IMG/VR virus record: IMGVR_UViG_3300029288_000001
Coordinates: 32,001 to 96,000 of that record
Strand: one strand, 5' to 3'
Source of the DNA: a virus
Taxonomy: Duplodnaviria; Caudoviricetes
DNA length: 64,000 nt
The position numbers were made by a program, and so were the translations under genes. Numbering within the stretch: the first letter of the stretch is position 1; each line of letters starts with the position of its first letter. Below the pieces are notes generated by a model. It saw nothing but the letters and a program-made list of their open reading frames with translations, did not search any database and was not told the origin of the DNA. Of the stretch, positions 23,647-33,984 are shown in pieces.

Positions 23647-24724
23647 TTCTTTTTCGTCTCCTTTATTTTCTTTCTTTTAATCCTACACACCCAATCTTCG
23701 TCGCAGTAGCTCCTATATCCGCATCTATCGCACGGAATAAACAACGGAAATAAGTTCTTCTTAGCCCATTCCTGCCCGTGTGGCAGCGGTTCTTTCTTCT
23801 CGGTCATTTCTTCTTTTCCTCATCTTTATATAATTTTTTTCCTAATTCTCGATTAATTTTACTGTCAAAAATATCTAGGATCGGGTGTAGTTTCCCTTTC
23901 TGGCGCAGATCGTTAATATAATCGTCAATAACATCGTCTATATTAGGTTCTCCCGCTAATCTCCGTATTCTTCGCGCTCTTACTTCGTCGAACTCTTTTC
24001 CCAAGAACTTTTTACTCATTCCTTCTCGCCTACTCGTATTATGTATTTACAGATCGGACATTGATATAATCTAACTCCAAACCACATCTCTCCTTGATCG
24101 TCTCTTGACAATGGTATTAAGTCTTTATCGCATTTATGACAATATAATCCAATTGTAATAATCTTCTCGATCGAAAAGCTCATTCCTACCACTCCCAATC
24201 GTCAAATACTGATCGTTTTTTTGGAGGGTCATTAAACCCTTCCATATCTTGTATGATCTCATCTAGAATATCCTCAACGGTTGTCGCCTTCTTGCACTTA
24301 TCGCACCAATAGATCCATTTCTTTTCGTTATCTTTAAATCTTCCTCGATGCACTGTACCTCCGCAAGGACATGGTTTTTTTTGATCGAATAAATCGTTAT
24401 AATTCTCGGTCATTCCTTAACCTCCTCTCTCTAAGTCCATATCCGCCCAATCGGCTTCGCACTCGTAATAATCGTCCGTTTCCTTGAAATTCTTGCATTT
24501 AAACTTTCGCTTTACCATCCATAATGGCATGGTATACGCGCTGCACCAATCGGTGGAGTCTGGACCTTCTGCGTGGCTGCACCGCATGCATAACTGGGCG
24601 CTGTTGTGCCACCTACCGTAGGCTTCTTGCTCGTCTTCTTCATACCTCCTCTGGCATTCGCTACACCACTCGCCCGGCTTGTCCACTCCGTTCTTTCCGC
24701 AATTATCGCATTCAAAGGACATGT

Positions 24725-25024
24725 TCACACCTTCTCGTTTAATTTCCATATTTCTATGATGTTCTTCTTTTCGAACTGGACGCGATCTCCATAGTGTCCA
24801 TAATCGGAGGAGTTTATTGTTCTATTGGCTAACAATCCTTCTATCTTATCGCCGTTTATTTGTGCGACGCTTATCCATAGTCTCTCGCCGTATTTCCCGT
24901 CGTCGTCGGTAAGGATTATCTTAACGAGATCGGCTACTCTAACGGCGTCCTTTTCTTCCTTGGAAGGTATCCAGAAGGTATCTGGGTACTTCCTATGATT
25001 TTCTTCTTCATCTACTATTTTCGT
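24725..25024 (-). CDS. DUF2314-like protein with ACG start (missed by ORF track)
   Basis: TAA TAA CCT ACG AAA; YPDTFWIPS...DLVKI...GERLWISV...GLLAN...GDRVQF. Confidence 0.6.
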   Translation of the reverse strand, partial: TKIVDEEENHRKYPDTFWIPSKEEKDAVRVADLVKIILTDDDGKYGERLWISVAQINGDKIEGLLANRTINSSDYGHYGDRVQFEKKNIIEIWKLNEKV

Positions 25025-26629
25025 AGGTTATTATCCCCCCAATAAAAGTTTTCTCATTTCTTCTGGCGTGAGCTCGTTACGAAAGATCTCCTCTCGAATT
25101 AGTCTTATCTCTTCTCTAAGATCGCGGATGATCGCGTTCGATTTGGCTAATTCTCCTTGTAAGCGTTCGTTCTCGAACTTTAATTTTTTATAGGCTAGTT
25201 CCAATTCTTGATATAATCGAATGTTGTTGGAATGGTATTGTTTTGGAGTCATTCGTTCCCCTCCAGATAATCGTCGTAGGTGTCGTTGGAACACTCGCTT
25301 TCGTGCGCGTCCCAACAATCGAAACATAGATCCGCGTCGCAATACTTACAATTATAAGATTTGGAGAGATCCTTTCCGCATTCCGCGCATTTTATAGGCG
25401 GATAATATTTGGTTTTCGCCATTATATTTCACCTCATTCTAAATATAACTTGGTGTAGTAGTCGTCTCCGTTAATACCGTGTTTCTCTAAGAGGTAAGTC
25501 TCTAAATCCAAGAGTATATCGTCTATCACATTGTGGATACCCTTCAAATCAGAAACTTCTTTCTCTTCTTTAAATTCTTCAAACTCTATTTTTATCTTTC
25601 TTACCATTCTATATCACTCTTAGTTTCTCTATAATAGTATATAACTTACCCGCTGTTAAATCGTCCACCTTGCCACAGTTTCTTTGGTGCGTGGCGATAA
25701 AGTCCTTAATCACGCATAGCGCGTCTAGCACCAGATCCTGTAGCGTTTCCGTTTTTTCGTTTAACTCGTCTAAACTTAATTCTACCGTTTTTTTATCCCT
25801 TCTTTTTATAATAATCGTCTATAAAACTAAGAAAACCCTTTATTTTGTTTTTCCACGTCGGTCTTGAAAACACGAGCGCGGTCTTCTCGTCGCTAGGGTC
25901 GTATTCTATGTATTCGAGTTTTCTCCCTCCCGTCGAAGGATCGGTGGTAAGAGTAATAAACGAATCCGATTTTATTATTTCTATTTTTGGCGAGTAGTCT
26001 GGAATGGTATACTCGTTCTCTTTCTTCTCTTCGCTCATGCCTTCCACCTCGCTACTATCCACGCCATTAATAAAACTAATAGAAACGCCGCGAGCACGCC
26101 GCACATCGCTCCTATAAACATAACGATCACATCTTCCATGGTAAAACATTCTGTCGCTAGAACGATCGTGTTATACCACCTCGAGCGCTATTAATATGCG
26201 GAGCGCTAACAGCCCGACTAAGAGAATCAAAATTCCTAGAAACATCCATAATCCATACTCTGGCTTACCCGCGCGATAGATCGCTGTGCTGAAATTGACC
26301 CATTGGTGGAGCTGGTCGTGAGTGATCTCCCCCCGCTCGGCTTTTCCTTGCATTTCCACGAACTCGGCGTAGAGCTCTTTTCTTCTCTTATGCATATTCT
26401 TTTCTCTCTTTTAAATTGTTATTTCTTTATTATAAGGTTTTGTTATAATTTGATCGCAGATAGCACATTTTATACTATGCATATTAAAAACCCAGATTTG
26501 TTTATGATTTAAAGATCGCGTTTTACCGCACTTACAAACAATATCGTACTTTCCCGTTTCTTTGTTAAAACATTTTTCTAAATACTCTTTTGTTTCTTGT
26601 TCTTCTTTCGTTAGAATTTGATCGGTCAT

Positions 26630-27370
26630 TTATTCCTCTTCTCCTCCGTTAATAATATCGTCCATTCCCATTTTCTTTAACCTCCATTTAATTAAGAACT
26701 TCTCGAACGGCACTGGGTCGGGCTTCTCGGGCAAGAAAGTATGAGTATACGCCTCGTTAAGCTTGTTCTTCAAGTCCCAGAGCTCTTCCTCCTTGGTAAT
26801 TTCCACCTTCTCGAACATGGGCTTCCCCCACACAAATACGTTGATTCCGAACTTTAACGATCGTCCGATGGTGTTAAGCTTCTTCTTATAAATTAACGAG
26901 TTTCTGTCGATCTCTCTCGTGGGAGCCTTTTCGCCTTTTCTTACCTTTCCCGTGCGCGAGCCCGTGCCAGTTATGAAGTGGTAGATGTTGTGCTCTGCCA
27001 TTCCATTGATCGAGTGAAAGCAGTTCTTCGCAATGGTCTTAATCGCGATCTCTCGTAGCTCGCGCAGCACGGAGCGATATTCGTTTACCACGATCGGAGA
27101 GGTGACCGCCCATAGATAATTTACATTACCCTTAAGGACTTCGCGCACACAGTTTCCTAGATCGCACGATTGCACGTCCGATTCTCGCTCTACGCCGTTG
27201 TAGGTCTCCTTACCCTTATATTCTCGGTTCCGCCTCGTCTGTTGGAGAAGGAAGTCCCTCGAGTCCATAATATAAACCTCGTTGATGTCCAGGTCTGAGG
27301 TCGGTTTTTCCATGCCCCACATATGACTGCCTGTTATAGTTCTAAACGCTAATAAATCGTTCTCTTTCGT
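26630..27370 (-). CDS. Phage nucleotidyltransferase (Pol-beta superfamily), extended to ACG/ATA start
   Basis: The catalytic ITGSHMWG...SDLD motif begins upstream of the track's ATG. An in-frame TAA precedes AAA ATA ACG. Confidence 0.8.
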   Translation of the reverse strand, partial: TKENDLLAFRTITGSHMWGMEKPTSDLDINEVYIMDSRDFLLQQTRRNREYKGKETYNGVERESDVQSCDLGNCVREVLKGNVNYLWAVTSPIVVNEYRSVLRELREIAIKTIAKNCFHSINGMAEHNIYHFITGTGSRTGKVRKGEKAPTREIDRNSLIYKKKLNTIGRSLKFGINVFVWGKPMFEKVEITKEEELWDLKNKLNEAYTHTFLPEKPDPVPFEKFLIKWRLKKMGMDDIINGGEEE

Positions 27371-27752
27371 TATTTTTTATCGCTCTCCTTTTTTTGTGAT
27401 ACCATACCCACGAGTAAGATCATGATACAGATCCAATACGCGTCTTCCGAGATGTTGGTAACTCCTACAGCTTTTAACACAATAAACATTATTTCTATTA
27501 TTAACAACACCCACGCGCCAGCTTCGCTCATTTTTTTTTCATTCTCCTTTCTTTATTCTGGAAACCCATAATAATGGGGTTTTTTCAACTCTATTTTTTC
27601 TAATATAATATAAGAACTAGGAGATGTCCACTCCACTTTCAATTTATACTTCCCGCATAATTGGCAGTATCTAACTTCCGTGCGATCGTCTGGGAACTCC
27701 ACCGCATCTATATTTCCTCCGCACAATGGACAGACATCTAACTCGTCTTCTT

Positions 27753-28193
27753 TCATTTTACTCCCATCAGCTCGTCTCTTACTTTCATTAACAGTTTTCC
27801 GAGCATGTCCTTTCCTTTAACCCCCCAGTATAGGTCCGTAGGCGAATTCTCGTGCAATCTCGCGGGATAGGTCGCGATTAGCTTCGCTTTAAGGTCGGGG
27901 TTCTGGGAAAACTTCGCTCTAAGTCCTTCTAACATCACGTCGTTTTTCATGGCGTCCCAGTTCTCTTTCATATCCTCTTTTCTAAGATTGTGTCCTACGA
28001 CCATCGCGTAGTAAGGAATAGGCGCATTCTTGAGCCACTCGCTAAGCTCTTTTTTATTGGTCTTCACGGATTGGTAAAACACCTCGTTGCAACTATACTC
28101 TTCGTCGCCAATCTTTTGGATCGCGCGTTCGAAGTTAGAAAAACATCCGTTCTTTTCTTTCCTTAAGTAAAAATATACATCTTCTTCTACCAT
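27753..28193 (-). CDS. NADAR/YbiA family protein
   Basis: FSNF, EVFYQ, AKFSQNPDL, ENSPTDLYWG, LGKLLMKVRDEL. Confidence 0.9.
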   Translation of the reverse strand: MVEEDVYFYLRKEKNGCFSNFERAIQKIGDEEYSCNEVFYQSVKTNKKELSEWLKNAPIPYYAMVVGHNLRKEDMKENWDAMKNDVMLEGLRAKFSQNPDLKAKLIATYPARLHENSPTDLYWGVKGKDMLGKLLMKVRDELMGVK

Positions 28194-28601
28194 TTTTTAT
28201 TCCTCCTTATTTTTTAAGTATAACGAATAATGATCCCGCATAGATCGCTTCCTGAGCGTCTTCCACTTCGCGATCACTTTCTTTAACCGTTCTACTTTAT
28301 CGTTGTAAGTGCCCTCTGTCGCCCAGTCTAAGTCTCCTACTATATCGGCGATCACGGACGCGACGAAGCCTTTCCTGTCCGAGTCCTTATACTCTTTAGT
28401 AATGTCTTTGTAATTATACGACCACTCGGTATTGGAGGGGTGTAGACAAGGTTTTATGGTATTACCCTTGATCGTGTGATTAGATGTTTCTAAGCTATAT
28501 TTCTTCCACGGCATTTTTACTCCTCGTCTTTTTTAAGTATGTTTTTTATTATTTAAATAATTTGATTAATAGAATAATATAAAAAAAAATTGAGTTAAGA
28601 G

Positions 28602-29021
28602 TTATGTTTTATACGGTAGTTGTAAATCGGCGCTGGTAATCAATTTACTGAGGTCGATCGTCTCGCGCACGGATTTTATCTGTCCATCGGGTAGTTTTAT
28701 CAACAGCTCGGTAAGGAACTCCTCTTCGATCGTGCGAATGCCAAAGTCTACGCTGGTAAATCGTGCTTTAAGATAATACAGTAACGCGCGGTAAAGCTGT
28801 TGTTTGTAGTTCTCTTGGGTCGGTAGCTTGAATTGTAGTCGGAACCCTCGTTCCACGCCGTTGATCTCTAAGATAAACTCGATCACGCCAGTCTCCGTGT
28901 ATTCCGTAGTCCGTATTCCTTTAAGGTTGTATTTCTGTAAGAACTTGCGGATTTCGCCCTGCGTGTTCGCTACGTCTACTTTAGACCTGTAATACGGTAG
29001 CTCGGAAAACTTCTTCGTCGT
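28602..29021 (-). CDS. Conserved hypothetical protein, extended to ACG start
   Basis: GAGG lies 8 nt before ACG; the frame is open for 45 codons upstream of the track's GTG (LPYYRSKVDVANTQGEIRKFL). Confidence 0.65.
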   Translation of the reverse strand, partial: TTKKFSELPYYRSKVDVANTQGEIRKFLQKYNLKGIRTTEYTETGVIEFILEINGVERGFRLQFKLPTQENYKQQLYRALLYYLKARFTSVDFGIRTIEEEFLTELLIKLPDGQIKSVRETIDLSKLITSADLQLPYKT

Positions 29022-31840
29022 TTCTATCGCCTCATATAAGGGTTTCGTCTAAACCTAGGTCTTCCTTCGGTGGTTGTGGTGGTGTAGGATCCGCGCTTGG
29101 TTGGGGAGGAGGCATGTTCATCATAGATTCGAGTAGAGTCCTCATAGCGTCTACGTCGCGTCTCAATGCGGCGAGCTCGGAGAGGATTAGTTCGAAGTAT
29201 CCTTTCGTGGTCTGGGGTGAGCTCGTAGTAGGCGTCACGAAGGTAGGAGTTCCAGGGGGTGCTCCTTTGGGAGGAGGGGGTAAGTTCTTAGATTGTGCCG
29301 AGCCTCCAAACTCTGCGGGAATAGGCGTAGGAATAGGTTTTGTGTCGTTGTATTTGTTCTTGTATCTTTCGTAGTCCTTCTCTGGACCCCATTTTACCGT
29401 AGCGTTATCCGCTATTCGAAAGATCACGGTCTGGAGCTTTTCGTAGTTCTTTGGGAAGGCGTCTAAGATGTCATTAGTTTGTATCCACGCCATTTGTCCT
29501 TTCCCGTCTCCAATTCCTACGACGCTTTTTCCGTTTGGTTTTATCCAGATCGCGATCCCTCGTTCTAGTTTAACCATTTTTCTTATCTCCTTCTATTTGT
29601 TCTAAGTCCTTGATCATTGCGCGGTATTTTATCATTACAGCTTTTAGTTGCGAACTCGTGTGGTCTAAGCCTAGCGATATTTCTTTAAAATATTGTTGTC
29701 CAGAAACGGACAGCGAAAACAGCTTTACAAACGGACAGGTTTCAAGTTGTTTGAAAAGTTTCTCTAAGTATTCTAACTCGTCCCTTGCCGTATTGATGAG
29801 GGTCGTTGCGTCTTCTTCTGCTTGGTAGATGGTAATTTTATTCATTACTTCTTCTTTTTTATCTTCCATTGTGTTGATCTTCCTCCAATTTAAGAATTCG
29901 CTTGATCAGTTCTCTGATAAGTTCGTCCTTCGCTCCTTTATCTAGGTAGCTCCAATCGGCTCCTTCGTCGATCACTAGTTTAAGCAAGTCTTTGGGTCGT
30001 TCCATCATTTTCTACTACGCCTCTTTCTTTCTTCTTTTAATTGCCTACGCGCTCGCGCTAGCTCTACATCAAGCTCGGTTATTCTTCTTCTCTTGAAAGA
30101 CATAGATTTTAGAACCATCGACCTATACCTCGATCGCTAACAGTTGTTTGATTAGTTCCTCGAAGCACGGCACGCACATGGGCTCGTTTCCGATACCGTA
30201 GCGCACCATCTTGTTGTAAGGTGCTTCATCGGCTGGTAAGAGCCCGTGCTCGCACCGTCGGCACCTGTACGGGTTCCTTACTTTCTCTACTGTATACGAA
30301 AACCGTATCTTGATAATTTCGATTTTCTTTACCAATTCCAATATTTCTTTCATTTCCATTATTTCTTCTCCTCCTTGATATAAAAACTATTAAAATGTCG
30401 CACGATGTCGCGGATGTGTCCTTCTACGGATTCGTTGGATGGTCCTTTAAATGGATCTTCGCAGCTAATGATGTCGCAGTCCTCCGAGGTCGGATTATAA
30501 TATTCGCATTTGGGACAGATCACTTCTTCTCCTTGTGCTAACCTTCGCTTTAACTCTTCGTAGTCCATTATTCTTTCTTGCCCTCCAGTTTTAGTTTCTC
30601 TTCCTTGTCCTTGATTACATCTTCGACAATATCGCTGGCTTTTTCGAAGGTCAAGGCAAAGAGAAATCCCCATGCAAAGAAAATCCAACTTTCTTCTGGG
30701 ATGACGATCATCATCATAATAAATATAGCGATCGTTACCGCAGTCAGTATGGACACTACTACGAGTCTAAGTTTCCATAACATTATTTCTCTTCCGCCTC
30801 CAATTTCTTTAACTTTTCTACTTGGTCGGGGTCTCCGTATTCGCATATAATATCTTTAATAGTATCGAGAAGGAGATCATCCAAGACATCTTCCGCTAAA
30901 TGTCTGATCTGTGATTGAATGTCTAGTTCGTAGTCCATAATTAGTCTACCTCGTAGCCTTGTTTTTCCAGCCATTCCGCGAACATTTTCGTTGGTTTTCC
31001 CTGTCGCACCGCGATCCTATTGGTGTTCTCTCGGGAGAACGCGTTGATAAGACCTTGGTATTCGTCTGAGCTTATAGGAGGTAGTTTCTTTAATATCTTC
31101 GTCTCGCCGTTCTTTTCCGCGATTTCTACGAGCTTGTCTTCTAAGTTTTCTTCTTTCTTCGTCGCTTTCAAGATTTCGCCTTTACTATATTCCACTTCTT
31201 CTGGATGTTCTTCCATGTAGAGAACCATACGGTCTAAGTCGCTATCGGGTATCGTGCGCGAGGTGTCGATCGTGCAAGTCGTGTCGGTGCAGTTCGTCTT
31301 GTTATCGTATATAACCGTGTCCGTGTTCGCGTCGTTAATGGTGTAGTTAAAGTCCGTGGTCGTAGTCGCGTTGATCGCCTTCTTCCCTTTCTTTTTAGTC
31401 AACCATTTCTTGAGTCCCATATTATTTCTTCTCCTCCTTCCTTTCTTTAAGTTGTTGCATAATGTCTTTGTGGATGGCGGCGTCTAAGAGTTTTTTAATT
31501 TTCTCTCGACTCTTTGGGTCAGTAAGGTAAACCCATTCTAAGATACGATAAAAGAACTCGTCGCATTCCTGAACGGTGGACCCATTCCACGCATCGTCAA
31601 TGGTGACCTCCTTTTCAAATTCGAACATAGGCATTATTTCTTCTCCTCCGTATCGTGTAACATCCTTCCTAGCGTGTGATTACTTCCCAGAGTGATTAAG
31701 AATTTAAAAGTAGCTACGTCGGTTTTTAACCCTTCGTGTTTCTTAATTTCTTCAAATGTTTCTACGAACTCTTGATCTAACTCTATTTGATATTTGTGTT
31801 TAAAATGTGTCATGATGTAATACTTATTCGTGTGTTGTAA

Positions 31841-31848
31841 TATTTAAA
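31841..31848 (-). promoter_or_regulatory. Archaeal TATA box TTTAAATA (same motif at 6571, 33937 and 36619)
   Basis: Lies in AT-rich gaps upstream of minus-strand genes; here about 28 nt before an ATG at 31813. Confidence 0.5.
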
Positions 31849-32496
31849 TATTTATATCAATAAATAAATAATTAGAGATCGAGAAATTTAGATTCTTTTC
31901 TTTTCTTCGTATACGCCTTGCGCATTACAAAGTTCCACGACTTGTTACGGTCTATAAACAACCACATTACATCCCACAACCAGTCTAGAACCTTTAAAAC
32001 AAACAAGATCGGGCGATGGGACTCAAGATTCTGCTCGCATTCCCCACTAACTACGCGAATCGTTCCTTCTTTAGTCTTACCTAGAAATATACGAATCTTA
32101 GTCGGTTTTACGTTAAAAAAAGAGTTTATCTTCATGTGCCCCTTCTCGTGGATATAGACGATTCTCATCTTATCGTGGAGCTTTTTTATTATGCTTAGAG
32201 GTATTTTTACCTTTAACGGATTATTTATTTTATAGCTTTCTATTGTCATGTTTAATCCTCTTACAGTATAATTTAAAAATATTAAAAAAAATAAGGTTTA
32301 AAGGTTATTTTTTATAGTTGGGAGTTACTTTACAGTGGATTATGTCGAATTCAAAACCGCAGTTATCGCACTTAACCCATTCTCTTACCGTAGCGTTACA
32401 GATCTTAGACATGTCCGCTTGTATGTGCGGAACTTCTGCGCCACATTTTGGACACTCTACGCCACATTCTGGACCAGTCTCGATATCTGAGGTCAT

Positions 32497-33894
32497 TTAT
32501 TCTCCCCCGATTCCGTCTTCCGTCACGGTAAAGATCGCTTCTCCTTCTGGGAGACACGGCGAGTCTACGATCTTGGCGATCCTCTGCTCTCCTTTTCCTT
32601 TCCTCAGATACACGCGCATAGTCGTGCCGTGGGCGACGATGTTCCCCCCTGCCGCTTGAATTGGATTTCCGTAGAATGTATCGGGCTTCGATTGAACCTG
32701 ATTCGTAACGATGATCGCTAAGTCGGGATAAATGTCGCACAGTCTCAACAGATCGTGGATGTGGCTATTAAGGGTTTGTTGCCGATTCGCTAAGGTCCCT
32801 CTCCCAACATACTCGCTTCTAAAGTGTCCTACGAGAGAATCTACGATCACGAGTTTTATGTTCCTCTCTTTCACAAAATTTTGGTTTAATAATTGTTTCG
32901 CGAGGAGGATTTGGTGATCGCAGTTATACACGCGTCCATAAAGGATATTCTTTAACGCCTTATCGGGATCGATTCCTTTAGCTTTCGCCATGCTGATAAT
33001 ACGCTCGGGTCGAAAAGTTCCTTCTGTATCTAGATAAACGGCAGTGCCTCCTAGTCCACCGCTTTCCTTGGGTAGCTGGACGTTCACGCAGAGCTGATGG
33101 GCGATCTGTGTCTTTCCGGTTCTATATTCCCCAAAGAACTCGGTCATGCTTCCCGTTTCTATACCCCCTCCCAACAACTCGTCTAACTCGTGGGAGCTCG
33201 TGGTTATTCGCGCCATGTTCCTTCTATGTTCCCAGACTTCTGTTCCAGATTTGAAACATACGTTAGCTTTTTCCATCGCGTCTTTTATAATCTTCTCGGC
33301 GGTCTTTTCTCCCAGCCCGCTCTCTTCTTGGATGATCTTGGGAGGAGTCATGGCAATAGATTCGAAACTACTAAAACCTGCCTTCACGAGCTTCGTCGCG
33401 GTCGCTTTTCCTACGCCTTCGATTGTCATTATTAACGCTACGGCGTCCGCATCTGCGCCACTCATGTCTATCTTCTCGTCGTCGTCAGTATCCTTGTCCT
33501 TGTCTTTACTCTTGGATTTCGCCTTCGCCTTCTTGGTCTTAGTCTTAGTCTTGGGTTCTGCATCCTCGTTCTCGTCCTTACCTGCGAGATCGAACTCTTC
33601 TTCTTCTATTTCTTCTAAGAAATTAACATCTTCCTCAATAGGGGCGGGCTTCTCTTTCACCTCTTCTTCGAGACCGACCTTCTTGGGAGGATCCTCCTCG
33701 ACTACGAGTTCCATCTCTTCTACTACTATTTCTTTCTTCTCTTCTTCGTTGGTTTTTACTTCCATATTTTTATTCACTTCCGCGCCACCGACCCCTTCTG
33801 GGACTTCCTCCTTCGCGAACTTCAAATGCTCTTCGTAGATCTTTCCCTTCTGGTGGTTGTGGTGGCATTCCGTACAATAATATTCCTTTTCCAT
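32497..33894 (-). CDS. radA: RadA recombinase with long N-terminal extension
   Basis: HhH domain, Walker A GEYRTGKT, DTEGTFRPER, VIVDS, GRGTLANRQQ, TNQV, GGNIVAH, DSPCLPE. Confidence 0.97.
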   Translation of the reverse strand: MEKEYYCTECHHNHQKGKIYEEHLKFAKEEVPEGVGGAEVNKNMEVKTNEEEKKEIVVEEMELVVEEDPPKKVGLEEEVKEKPAPIEEDVNFLEEIEEEEFDLAGKDENEDAEPKTKTKTKKAKAKSKSKDKDKDTDDDEKIDMSGADADAVALIMTIEGVGKATATKLVKAGFSSFESIAMTPPKIIQEESGLGEKTAEKIIKDAMEKANVCFKSGTEVWEHRRNMARITTSSHELDELLGGGIETGSMTEFFGEYRTGKTQIAHQLCVNVQLPKESGGLGGTAVYLDTEGTFRPERIISMAKAKGIDPDKALKNILYGRVYNCDHQILLAKQLLNQNFVKERNIKLVIVDSLVGHFRSEYVGRGTLANRQQTLNSHIHDLLRLCDIYPDLAIIVTNQVQSKPDTFYGNPIQAAGGNIVAHGTTMRVYLRKGKGEQRIAKIVDSPCLPEGEAIFTVTEDGIGGE

Positions 33895-33984
33895 GGGTTA
33901 AATCTTCTTTTAAGTATAGTAACTATAATTTTTTTATATTTAAATAATTACTCTCTTGAAAAAAAATAAATTAATGATCGTTTT

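Noticed and set aside
33146-33838. Long plus-strand ORFs such as 33146..33838, 51000..51413 and 58826..59254
   Set aside because: Antisense shadows of well-supported minus-strand genes, with Ser/Phe-rich complement-type composition.
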